NCBI GenBank assembly: GCA_951406725.2
Contig: OX597817.1
Location: 144,460,001-144,524,000, forward strand
Direction: 5' to 3'
Source of the DNA: Octopus vulgaris
Lineage: Eukaryota
DNA: 64,000 nt
Shown: piece after piece, positions 1-12,615 of the stretch
How positions within the stretch are numbered: position 1 is the first letter of the stretch
Layout of the letters: each line of letters begins with the position of its first letter
Notes under the pieces: model-generated
Seen by the model: only the letters and a program-made list of their open reading frames with translations
Told to the model about the DNA's origin: nothing
Database searches by the model: none
Position numbers and translations under genes: made by a program

Positions 1-344
<344 letters not shown>

Positions 345-1095
345 GGTTTTTGCATTCATTTAAATAACAATTGAAAGGATTAAAATGAATGAAAATCTGG
401 TTGGTAAATACGAACGAATTTATCTGAGAACTCAGTAATAATTGCCAACAATTTATTTAGTGATTCGATTGCTAACACATGATTGTTATTGGTCAGCTCT
501 GGTTGAACATGTCCCTTTCTAAGACAGTAATGTGAGATGTGAGGGAGATTTAGTTGTTATTTTCTTTCCAGTTGGACGAGCACTCAAAGATTTTCTCTTT
601 GACTCGTGAGTATCTCTCAGCATTTCGCCAGATACTGCGATATCAAATTCCCTCTGGCGATCACAAGACAGATTCAAAAGATGCGGGGTTATTTCCTACA
701 TCTACCAATGAAAATACAAAATTTGTCAGCAGCTAATGTTTAATTTTGTAAACAACCACTTTGCTTCATTCTTTAATGTTTCTTAATGTTCATTATGTTC
801 AAAATACTGAAAATAATTTGACCGACTTTAACTGTCAAAAAGTGACAAAATGTCACATTAACATTTTATTGTTTGAAACCTAAGATTTGAGGTTATTTCA
901 TACATTCCTATAGAAGCTTAGTGTTTGATTTATAAGTGTTATTTACTTCGTTGCAAGTGAAATATTGTCTATCTATCTATCTATTTAGCTATCTGTATGT
1001 GTTGAAGCAACTTGTTGCTTAACCGTCAATTATATCTGTATGTATGTATGTATGTATGTATGTATGTATGTATGTATGCATGCGTATATGTGGGT

Positions 1096-1401
1096 TAGGA
1101 GCACTCCGTCGGTTACGATGTCGAGGGTCCCAGCTGATACGATCAACGGAACAGCTTGCTCGTGAAACTAGCGTGCAAGTGGCTGTGCATTCCACAGATA
1201 TGTGTAGCCTTAACGTAGTTCTCGGGGAGATACAGCGTGACGCAAAGTGTGATGAGGCCGGCCCTTTGAGATACAGGTACAACTCATTTTTGCCAGCTGA
1301 GTGGAATGGAGCAACGTGAAATAAAGTGTCTTGCTCAAGGACACAACGCGTCACTGGGAATTGAACTCACGACCTTACAATCGACCACTAAGCCACGCGC
1401 C
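1096..1401 (-). mobile_element. tRNA-derived SINE family C, tail type 1
   Basis: A box TGGCTTAGTGG, B box GAGTTCAATTC, CORE-like TGTGTCCTTGAGCAAGACACTT; tail shared with the copies at 55955 and 63168. Confidence 0.8.
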
Positions 1402-1435
1402 TACACTTGGGTATATGTGGGTATACGTATACCAT

Positions 1436-1470
<35 letters not shown>

Positions 1471-1500
1471 GTATAAATGTGTATGTGTGTGTGTGTAATG

Positions 1501-1772
1501 AAGGCACATGTTTCAGTGGTTAGGACGTCGGGCTCACAATCATGAGGAAGTGAGTTCGATTCCTGGACTAGGTTGTGTGTAGTATTCTTGAGCAAGACAT
1601 TTTATTTCACGTTGCTCTACTTCACATATCTGTAGAAATGTCACTAGTTCCAATGTGTATTGGCCTAGTGGCGTGAACAACCTTGATCGGTCTTGTGCCT
1701 CGGAGGGGAACTTTCTAGGCGCAATTTCATGGTCATTCATGACCGAATTGGCGGGCGGGGGGGTCTTTACTC
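1501..1772 (+). mobile_element. SINE family C, tail type 2
   Basis: Same head and core (GAGTTCGATTCC...CTTGAGCAAGACA); tail TTGTGCCTCGGAGGGGAACTTTCTAGG shared with 60379-60711. Confidence 0.75.
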
Positions 1773-1776
1773 TTTG

Positions 1777-1819
<43 letters not shown>

Positions 1820-1823
1820 ATAA

Positions 1824-2082
1824 ATATTAGGGAATAAATCCAAATTTACAGGGAAAAAATCAGATTTAGGATTAAATCCAATTTTATAGTAAAATATTAT
1901 ATAATATTATTAGAGACAAAACCACTATTTTGCAAAACAAACAAGGAAACTGACTTATTGGAAGATTGTCGATCAAGACAAGAAACAATTGTAGTGGCGG
2001 TTTTTTTGACTTTTTATTAAAATTTTATGTATTGATTAAGTCTTTCCTTGTTTGTTTTGCAAAATAGTGGTTTTGTCTCTAA

Positions 2083-2094
<12 letters not shown>
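1824..2094. mobile_element. Fold-back element in (TA)n, probable Penelope-like terminus with hammerhead remnant
   Basis: Inverted arms 1898-1957 / 2037-2094; spacer holds GAAGA-TTGTC-GATCAA-GACAA-GAA-ACAATTGT-A. Confidence 0.55.
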
Positions 2095-2114
<20 letters not shown>

Positions 2115-2115
<1 letters not shown>

Positions 2116-2400
2116 CACCGTGACCGCGACCGACCAGGCTATCAGATGTTGCGCTTTGCATTGTTTTAGCCCTCAAATGATGCCACCCCGCTGGCTAAGC
2201 GAGCAGGCCAACAGAAGAAAGAGTGAGAGAAAGTTGCGGCGAAAGAGTACAGCATGGATCGCCACTACCCCCTGCCGGAGTCTCGTGCAAGTTTAGGTGT
2301 TTTAGCTCAATAAACATTCACAACGCCCGGTCTGGGAATCGAAACCGCGATCGTACAACCGCGAGTCCGCTTCCCTAACCACTGAGCCATTGCGCCTCCA
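2115..2400 (-). mobile_element. tRNA-derived SINE family B
   Basis: Head GGAGGCGCAATGGCTCAGTGG...GGTTTCGATTCC; homologous to 10408-10712 and the head at 53909. Confidence 0.8.
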
Positions 2401-2480
2401 CGCATATATACATATATACATATATACATACGTACATATACATACATACATATACATACATATATATATATATATGTATG

Positions 2481-2512
<32 letters not shown>

Positions 2513-2568
2513 TGTATGTATGTATGTATGTATATATATATATATATATATGTGTATGTATATGTATG

Positions 2569-2626
<58 letters not shown>

Positions 2627-3069
2627 GGTCCACAGAAATACTGATTCTTGAACGGACATCATCTTTCTATGGACCTGCTTGGATTAGAATGAAATTCAGA
2701 GCATGTTAGGCCTCTTTTATATAGAATGTAAATATTTGCTCCAGCTGATTGTATATCAGGCCTTTTCAATTAATCATACAAACTTTTCACAAATAGATTG
2801 TATTATACCCTTCTTGTCAGCAAATAAGAATGGTTCTTATAATTCAATGAGTTATTTGATCTTTGCCAAGCTCGCTTTCGTAATATCAAATACACAAAAA
2901 TTTCCGTTGCCAGAATGTGGCTCTTGCAAAACTTTCTTGCGAGTATTTGAGAGCAAACTGCTAAAGTATATTGATCTAATAGTGTCGAGCAATTTATTAT
3001 CATAAAGATTAAACCAAATACAGGGTATGTCAGTTTTTGTTTTGTTTTTGTTTTTTGTTTTTTGGTTTA

Positions 3070-3485
3070 CTCTTTATTCTCTTTACTCTTTTACTTGTTT
3101 CAGTCATTTGACTGCGGCCATGCTGGAGCACCGCCTTTAGTCGAGCAAATCAACCCCGGGACTTATTCTTTGTAAGCCCAGTACTTATTCTGTCGGTCTC
3201 TTTTGCCGAACCGCTAAGTGACGGGGACATAAACACACCAGCATCGGTTGTCAAGCAATGCTAGGGAGACAAACACAAACACACAAACACACATGCTCAT
3301 ATATATATATATACATATATACGACGGGCTTCTTTCGGTTTCCGTCTACCAAATCCACTCACAAGGCTTTGGTCGGCCCGAGGCTATAGTAGAAGACACT
3401 TGCCCAAGGTGCCACGCAGTGGGACTGAACCCGGAACCATGTGGTTGATAAGCAAGCTACTTACCATACAGCCACTCCTGCGCCT
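3070..3485 (-). mobile_element. Full-length SINE family A with target-site duplication
   Basis: Complete head, microsatellite and tail; TATGTCAGTTTTTGTTTTGTTTT repeated at 3026-3048 and 3487-3509. Confidence 0.9.
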
Positions 3486-3639
3486 ATATGTCAGTTTTTG
3501 TTTTGTTTTGTTTTTTGTCTTTTTGTTTGGGTAATTTTTTTTTAATTTAGAAAAAGACGCATAGTTCACCAAAGAAAAGTTGTATCCGGAAATAAAATGG
3601 CACAAACAATCTTGAGAATCCTCTTATCACACGTATTCA

Positions 3640-4687
3640 ATGAATCCACTCTTAGCTACTTCGATACGGGGTCGGGGGCGTTGACATGCCCGAATCAGAT
3701 GACCTTTATCAATTTTGGACAGAGTGCTGTTATGGCGGACTTGAGAGATTGCGTGATGTTATGACCGTATTGATTGACCTCTCTCTCAGCAGTGCCCCAG
3801 ATATAATAGTCCAGTAGATTGAGGTCTGGTGATCTAGGAAGCCATGTATCAAGGAGAACATGATCATAGCTACTGTCATGCGTCTACGCTTGGAAGACGT
3901 ATGGTCTTCTGTTGTGTACTCTGCCTACCAAGGGCTTCGCAATTTTCTCTATCACTTCTATGTAGACAGCGGCATTGACTCTAAGCCCTGTGAAAAAATG
4001 AGAGGCGGAATGATATCTCCCTCTCGGCTGATGTTTCTCAGAACCCTCACAGTTGCTGGTAACTTAGTACGTATAATCGTTCGAACTTCACTCGAGGTCC
4101 TGCATAACCATTTGTTGTTCCTTCGGTTTACCTTTTGGTTGTGATCGAAGTTTTTCTCATCGGAGAAAAACCAAAGCATTCCAGCCTCTTGGTGTTTGGA
4201 TTTGCTTAGTAAGCGCTTTGTACGAACGGAACGGTTCTCTCTTCTCACATCCGACATAAACTAGTCCCTCGGCATCACATACGACCTCTACTGGATGTCC
4301 TAGATGTCTTCATGCACAGCTCTTCTGATGGCGCATTCTGAAACTTTGAGGTCCTCTGCAATGGCTCTATTAACTTTCCGGAGTTTTAATTAATTATTTC
4401 TTGGACTTTTTTATATATCCCTGTGTTCTTATGGTATTAGAATCCAGTGCATGTGTTCTGTGTTTAGCTGCAGACGTTGGATCCCTGTCAGCAGCTTCCA
4501 GCACCTTTCGAACTTTGAAAACAAAGGATCGGACAACTTTCAGTACATTTAAGACAACGATTGCAAATTACCTTTTAATTTGCTGGTCCAGCCTGATGTC
4601 TGACATTTATCTAAAAAGGTAAAAAATATGTTAGAAAAGTTAGAGTTCTTAAAAGAGGTGTCCTCAAAAAAACTGACGCACCCTGTA
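3640..4687 (-). mobile_element. Decayed Tc1/mariner (maT, DD37D-like) transposon with transposase pseudogene
   Basis: Minus-strand WFFSDEKNF...TKLPATVRVL...WLPRSPDLNLLDYYIWG with frameshifts; terminus TA-CAGGGTG at 4687; homologous to 50174-50785. Confidence 0.8.
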
Positions 4688-5224
4688 TCTAAAAATCAAA
4701 AATACTGAAAATTGTTGATTCGCAAATTTTGTTAAGTATTCAAATAACAAATAACACACCAAACTTAAGATTTTATAAAAAATCTTTTAGCTTCTTTAAA
4801 GCACAACTGCAAAATGAAATGAATAATGAACGAACTAATAGAGTTCAAAGCGATATAAATTAATCTTTAAACTTGAAGTAAAAATATGTGAGATTTTTTT
4901 TCATACTCATTGTGCAACCTTAGTTAATTTTAAGACTACATGTTAAAAATATTTGCTATATCTATGGGCAGAAAGGAAGTGTTTTTGTCTATGATAGTTA
5001 TGAAGTTTCTTGTCACATTAGATTTTACGTTGATATAGAAAAATTATTTAAACAGATACAATTTTAGAAATTAGTAAATATTACACAATGTGTTTGAAAA
5101 TAATTTTATCATATACACTCACCAACCAAACCAAAGGAACATGTTCATTCAGAAATCCGAATACGTGCACACTAGACAAATCGGGCAGTGTAGAAACTAA
5201 TTTGTAAAGAAACAAAATTGTAAA

Positions 5225-5326
5225 GCATCTTCCAATCCAACACTGTAAAAAGGCTTGGTTAAGGTAGTCTGTTACTGTCAACGCATAATGTGGAGGTGCT
5301 CCATCTTGCTGAATAATGGGTTTCAT
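5225..5326 (-). pseudogene. Tc1/mariner-superfamily transposase fragment (DD41D-like)
   Basis: QQDGAPPHY...DYLNQAF..WIGR motif. Confidence 0.65.
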
Positions 5327-5406
5327 ATTTCAGTTAAAAGATCCATAGAGTTCGATGTGTTTTTTTTTAAATATATGAATGATATATAAAGTATATGACA
5401 CAGCTC

Positions 5407-5519
5407 GAGGAAGTCCACTTTCTATGGCCGTTTCCAGAGTTCATGTCCTGGTAGAAAGATTAATAAAAAATCTTACAAACCATGCGGACAATGTCCCCTT
5501 CATCAGGAAAAGTATCCTC
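5407..5519 (-). ncRNA. Type-I hammerhead ribozyme-like motif (Penelope-type)
   Basis: GAGGA-T-ACTTTTC CTGATGA [long stem II] GAA ACGGCCAT A GAAAGT-GGACT-TCCTC. Confidence 0.6.
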
Positions 5520-5612
5520 ATAAAATCACATTGTTGACACTTATCTTTTGTCTCGGGTTCGCCCAGAGCACTTCTTAAGCAGTTCTGTATTTTTCGTAAG
5601 AAAGAACAATAA

Positions 5613-5695
<83 letters not shown>

Positions 5696-5711
5696 TTTAT
5701 CGTTCGCTATA

Positions 5712-5885
5712 TCATCATCATTTAATGTTCGTTTGATAAGGAGGTGGCAAGCCAGGGAGCTGTACCAGACGCCAGACGTCTGTTTTGGCATGGTTTCTAT
5801 AGCTGGATTCTCTCTCTAACGCCAGCCACTTTACAGGGAGCATTGGGTGCTTTTTTTACGTGTTACCAGCTCAGGAGCTTTTTAC
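5712..5885 (-). mobile_element. RTE LINE 3' end (family D), degenerate
   Basis: (CAT)n TTTAA...TTTCTATAGCTGGAT...GGGTGCTTTTT matches the 3' UTR of 57960-59068. Confidence 0.65.
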
Positions 5886-5900
5886 GTGACAACAGCATGG

Positions 5901-5970
<70 letters not shown>

Positions 5971-5999
5971 TTGTATGTGTGTATGCACGTATGTATGTG

Positions 6000-6215
6000 T
6001 ATGCATCTGTGATACCCTCGTTGCAAACGAGCATTATTGTCATGCAAATGGTGTTCATTTCTAATCTTCCCTGTGCAGTCGTAGGGAAATATTACCTTAC
6101 TTGGCAACAGGTGAGGGTTGACGACAGGAGGTGCATCAAGCCCCATAGAAAATCCATCTCAACAAAATCTGTCTCACCCATGCAAGCAAGGAAAAATGAG
6201 CATTAAAACAATAAT
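6000..6215 (+). mobile_element. Dispersed module G sharing the RTE 3' terminus
   Basis: GGAAATATTACCTTACTTGG-AACAGGTGAGGGTTG...ACCCATGCAAGCA...ATTAAA; copies near 41825, 51850 and 60930. Confidence 0.6.
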
Positions 6216-6385
6216 AAAGATGGTGATGGTGGTGGTGGTGGTAATGATGATGATGGCGATGACGACGACGACGATGATGATGACGATGACGATGATGATG
6301 ATGGTGGTAGTGGTGGTGGTGATGGTGGTGACAATGATGACGATGATGGTGATGATGATGATGATGATACAGAAGAAGAAGCAGA

Positions 6386-6416
<31 letters not shown>

Positions 6417-6419
6417 GCA

Positions 6420-6450
<31 letters not shown>

Positions 6451-6600
6451 AAGAAGAAGAAGAAGAAAAAGAAGAAGAAGACGAAGAAGAAAAAGAAGAC
6501 GAAGAAGAAAAAGAAGACGAAGAAGAAGTAGTAGTAGAAGAAGAAGATGATGGTGGTGATGATGACGACAACAATGACAATGCTGACGACAATGGTGATA
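6215..6600. repeat. Compound trinucleotide array (GAT/GGT/CAG/AAG)n
   Basis: Directly visible. Confidence 0.95.
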
Positions 6601-6625
6601 TATATATAGTTTAGAATGCGTGGGT

Positions 6626-6726
<101 letters not shown>

Positions 6727-7059
6727 CATATATATATATACATACATATATATATCTGGAATTTTTCCTAAGTAAAAAAAAACACTACACCCATCAAGCA
6801 TTTTATTGATAAGTGGAAAGACGAAAATAATTGGAAAGGTCATAATGTGGATTTCCTGGCAGCATCATGGCAGCCGTATGTATGCTAAGTGTAATACATC
6901 TGTGTGACTGTGACATATAAAAAGTACATATCTTATAATTAAAGTACATTGAGAAAGAATTATCAATATGATATAATTAGAGTGCCAAAATGTAGGCCGT
7001 GCAAGAGATGATAGCTAATCAGATATTTCAAGAATAGCAAGCTCCGTTGCTGCACACAC

Positions 7060-7766
<707 letters not shown>

Positions 7767-7780
7767 ATATATATATATAT

Positions 7781-8091
7781 CATTCGCCATGATAGATCGC
7801 TAGCCACTACACATTCTTTATTTTCTCTCCTTGTTTCTTTCTGTGTTCCTTTCTGTGGAAGAGCGCCGACTCGAAATGTTAAAGACTTTATCACTTAAAA
7901 GACGAAGACAGGTGTATAAACAACAAACAGGAATATAAGTTTAACGCTCGGGAAGGTGGGGAAATCTTTTACGTTTCGATCCTGCGCTCTTCATCAGAAA
8001 GGAACACGATGAAATAAACAGAGAGACAATAAAAAACTATTTGAGCTATATATATGTGTGTGTGTGTGTGTGTATTTGAGCTATATATATA

Positions 8092-8135
<44 letters not shown>

Positions 8136-8435
8136 ACGGGAAGCTTTATGAGAATAGACAAAAGACGAAGGCAGGTTTACGGAAATAAACAAAAAACGAA
8201 GGCAGGTGGAATACAAACAAACAATTGTATTAGTATGGCGCTCAGGAAATATAAATAAAACAAGTCTTTAACGTTTCGAGCCTACGCTCTTCAACAGAAC
8301 GATACACAGAGAAGAAACACAGAAAGAAGGAGAGAAAAAAATGCGTGCAGAGGCTAGCGAATCAACATGGCGATCTGATTTCGGCCAGAAGTCAAAGGTC
8401 AAACGTGAGACGCAAGAGCGAAATTAGGGGAGATA

Positions 8436-8440
<5 letters not shown>
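7781..8440. mobile_element. Three copies (one +, two -) of a hammerhead-bearing Penelope-like/retrozyme-like repeat (family F)
   Basis: Motif CTTT-CTGNNGA-A-GAGC-N4-GCTC-GAA-ACGT-H-AAAG, each copy partly degenerate, at 7849-7884(+), 7966-8001(-), 8266-8301(-). Confidence 0.6.
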
Positions 8441-8474
<34 letters not shown>

Positions 8475-8565
8475 CAACAATTGAGGGTAAAATTAATTAA
8501 TTATTAATCAATTTCACCAAGTATTCAGTATGTAAAGGGACCATTTTAGGCGAATTCAAAATATT

Positions 8566-8801
8566 ACATTATATATAAGGGCTTAGTAAAATAAATTACT
8601 TTGCCACATACTGAACTCATTAGAAATAGCAGCTAAAGAAATTTCTTCAGCTATTTCTAATACTTAAAGAAGATCTCTCTCTATCTGAGAGAGATCTTCT
8701 TTAAGTATTAGAAATAGCTGAAGAAATTTCTTTAGCTGCTATTTCTAATGAGTTCAGTATGTGGCAAAGTAATTTATTTTACTAAGCCCTTATATATAAT
8801 G

Positions 8802-8802
<1 letters not shown>
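8566..8802. repeat. Perfect palindrome, 116-bp arms, 5-nt loop
   Basis: 8566-8681 is the reverse complement of 8687-8802; loop TATCT; host segment flanked by (TA)n. Confidence 0.9.
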
Positions 8803-8885
<83 letters not shown>

Positions 8886-9044
8886 ATATTTATACCCATG
8901 TATATTTTTATTTGCCTGCGGATTCATTTACAAAAAATCCTTCCGCTGCTAACATGTAAACTTATTAATGATAGCATGAAATTGTAACATCACTAACTAT
9001 GTAGTCATGATAAGCATAAACGAAACTGGTTTGTCATTTTATTT

Positions 9045-9084
<40 letters not shown>

Positions 9085-9108
9085 TGTGTGTGTGTGTGTG
9101 TATGTGTG

Positions 9109-9145
<37 letters not shown>

Positions 9146-9315
9146 CTGGCATAAAATTTATGTGCAGTTTACTTCTTTTAATATTTTTCGCTACAATTTC
9201 ATCACGTCAAATTATTTTCTCAAACCTTTTCACTACATGACAGATGGTTTTTATTGTTATTGATGGTTATGCGCTCAATTTTCTTTGCATTAACAAACAG
9301 ATTGGCTTCAGCCAC

Positions 9316-9510
9316 GTCATCATCGTCGTCGTCGTCGTCGTCGTCATCATCATCGTCATATAACATCCATTTTCTAGGCTGGCATGGGTTTTCCATGCTG
9401 GCCTGCTGGAAATGCACCAGGCTCCAGTTGTCTGCTTTGACATGGTTTCTATGGTTTTTATGGCTGGATGCCGTTTCTAACGCCAACCACTTTGCAGAGT
9501 GTACTGGGTG
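9316..9510 (-). mobile_element. RTE 3' end (family D)
   Basis: (CAT/CGT)n tail, GGCTGGATGCC..CTAACGCCAACCACT. Confidence 0.75.
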
Positions 9511-10045
9511 TTGCTCATGTGGTACCAGCCTGAGAGCTTTGTATGTGACACTAGCAAGGGTCCTTTCTACCTGTTGCCAGTATGAGTATTTTTTATGTGA
9601 CACCAGCATGGGTACATTTGACATAATGCTACCATGGGTACCTTCTATGTGGAACCAGCATGGGTGTTTTTTACATGGCACAATTGCACGTTATGGGTCA
9701 CGAGTACAGGTACTTTGCATGTGATGATAGCATGGGTGCATTTTCATGTGGCACCAGCATGATTATTTTTTCATGTGGAACCAGCATGGATGCTTTTTCA
9801 TGTGGAACCAGCATGGATGCTTTTTCATGTGGAACCAGCATGGATACTTTTTTCATGTGGCACCAATATGGATGCTTTTCATGTGGCCCCAGCATAGATG
9901 CTTTTTCATGTGGCACCAGTATGGATACTTTTCATGTGGCACCAGCATGGATGCTTTTGCATGTGGCACCAGCATGGTTGCATTTCATGTGGCACCTGCA
10001 TGGATGCTTTTCATGTGGCACCTGCACAGGTTCTTTTTACATGAT
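9510..10045. repeat. ~21-22 bp minisatellite CATGTGGCACCAGCATGGATGCTTTTT
   Basis: About 20 degenerate tandem units continuing from the family-D copy. Confidence 0.85.
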
Positions 10046-10074
10046 ACCAATGTCAGTATTCTCAAATATGCTTC

Positions 10075-10255
10075 ACATTTGAAGTGTTGTGAGAGCTGCG
10101 AGAGCTATATTTTCAACATCATCAAAGACCTTTTGTTGATGGTGAAGTCCTTGTCTGGAATTTTGCTTAAGGGAATGCTTGTAAAGAGAAAAGGAATCAG
10201 GGTGTCTCCCAGAAAGATGCCTTTATGCAAAGCACAGATGATCCAAGTCTTTAAC
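10075..10255 (-). pseudogene. Degenerate non-LTR reverse transcriptase fragment
   Basis: Minus frame KGIFLGDTLIPFLF resembles the RT motif GVLQGDTLAPFLF; a DDVENIAL-like segment follows. Confidence 0.45.
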
Positions 10256-10261
10256 TAGACC

Positions 10262-10708
10262 AGCTGGTACTTATTCTATCGGTCCCTATTGCCGAACTGC
10301 TAAGTTACAGGGATGTAAACACACCAACTCTGGTTGCCGGAGACAAACACAGACACAGACACACACTTATCATGCTACTTCTAATTCATATTTGAATATA
10401 TGTGTGTAGAGGTGCAATGGCCCAGTGGTTAGCGGACTCACGGTTGTAGGGTCGCGGTTTCGATTCCCAGACCGGGAATTGTGAGTGTTTAGTGAGCAAA
10501 ACCACCTAAAGCTCCACGAGGCTCCGGCAGGGAGTGGTGGCGATCCCTGCTTTACTCTTTCGCCACAACTTTCTCTCACTCTTTCTTCTGTTGGCCTGCT
10601 CACTTAGCCAACGGGGTGGCGTCATTTGAAGGCTAAAACAATGTGAAGCGCATTGTGACCAGCGATGTGTAGCAACATCTGATAGCCTGGTCGGTCACAG
10701 TTATCACA

Positions 10709-10787
<79 letters not shown>

Positions 10788-10950
10788 GATGGGCTTCTTT
10801 CAGTTTCCTTTCACCAAATCCACACAGAAGGTTTTTTATCATCCTGAGGCTATGTTAGAAGACACTTGCCCAAGCTGCTACACCGTGAGACTGAACCCAG
10901 AACTATGTGATTGAGGAGCTAACTTCTTACCAAACAGCCATACCAATACC
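10262..10950 (-). mobile_element. SINE A interrupted in its microsatellite by SINE B
   Basis: A tail half 10262-10368; A head half 10783-10950. Confidence 0.75.
10408..10712 (+). mobile_element. SINE family B
   Basis: Colinear with the reverse complement of 2115-2400. Confidence 0.85.
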
Positions 10951-11479
10951 TATGACCTCTTTAGTATCCAGGCATGGTAGATTCCAGACTACATTATCCA
11001 ATGTTTTCGACTTCTTATAAACAATAGCATGTGATCTGAGTTATATTTAGCTACCATTTAGCAGTGCAAGTTACCATTTAGGTGCTGTCTCATGGCTATC
11101 TCGTGCTGTCTCATTGACTTGCGAGTGGTTTCACTGTTCACAGTGCTGAAATGTAATCTTCTCGCAGAAGAATAAAGAACGGAATAAAATATAAATTGGA
11201 AATTAGATGAAGAGTATGATCCAGTTGGAAAAGAATTGTCTCAAAATGACACCTGAGAACAAGAAGAAACACAAGAATAACTACGAGTGGAGTTGGAGTA
11301 GCCGTAATGAGAACGATAGCCATGGTAACACCTAGCACCAGTGAGAACGGTTTGTAACGGCATTGACAATGGTACAATGGTAAAAACAACAACAACAACA
11401 ATAACAACAACATCAGCTGAAAGAAATCTAAACGTGAACAACAATGACAAATGTTTTACCGGTAAGATAATAATAAAAG

Positions 11480-11707
11480 GAACATTGTCATCACCGAGTG
11501 TTGTTGTTGTTGTTGTTACTGATATTATTGCCATCATGGCCATTATCATCGTCGTCGTCGTCGTCGTTGTCGTCATCTTCATCATCAGCATCATCGTCAG
11601 CAGCATCTTCATCATCGCCATCGCTGTTGTCGTTGTTGTCATCATTATTATCATCGCTGTCGCTGTCATCACCATCATAATTGTTGTTACCGATGCAGTT
11701 GTCATTG

Positions 11708-11742
<35 letters not shown>

Positions 11743-11793
11743 TTCATTGCCATCATCATCTTCGGCATCATCATCTTCATCATCATCATCATT

Positions 11794-11825
<32 letters not shown>

Positions 11826-12181
11826 TGCCATCATCATCACCACCAACATCATCATCATCATCATCATCTTCATTGCCATCATCATCATCGTCGTCATCAT
11901 TGTCGTCATTGTCATCGTCGTATTTGTCATTGTCATCATCATCATCATTCACCATTGTCATCCTTGTGTGTCATCATCATTATCATGTCATCATCATAAT
12001 CATCATCATCATCACCATCTTCATCATTAACGGCAGCAGCTGCAAAAAGAAATACGTCATCAATTGCAACAACAACAACAACAACAACATTAGGAAAATA
12101 TAGCAAAAACACAAAATCTATAACTGTAGCTGCTGCAGCTGTTGTTGTTGTTGTTGTTGTTGCTGCTGCTGCTGCTGCTGC

Positions 12182-12224
<43 letters not shown>

Positions 12225-12305
12225 GCTGCTGCTGCTGCTGTTTTTGTTGCTGTTGTTGTTGTTGCTGCTGCAGCTGTTGTTGTTGTTGTTGTTGTTGTTG
12301 TTGAT
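11480..12305. repeat. Compound (CAT)n, (CAA)n, (TGT/TGC)n arrays
   Basis: Directly visible. Confidence 0.95.
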
Positions 12306-12615
12306 GCTCATGTACTATAATGTCCTCCCCCTCCTTCCCCCACCTCTCCATCACCCCACCCCCACCACCCGTGCCACCACACCTCCCCTTATGCGGCTAT
12401 TATCACACCATCACATCTCAAAACTTCTTTCTCATTTATCATACAGTGACATGGTATCAGATACAGAAAGAACTTTTATTCCCTAGAACGTAAAGCTAGA
12501 CACAATAAAATATTAAAATATTTGAAAATTAAATTATATTTCTTCAAAAGATTTTAGATCAAAAGAGCGTAAAATACTATAATTATTAAAATATATTCCA
12601 TTTTGATGCTAAAAT

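Noticed and set aside
9660-10258. Repetitive SCGTSMDAF ORFs
   Set aside because: Translation of a 21-22-bp minisatellite with frame-shifting unit lengths.
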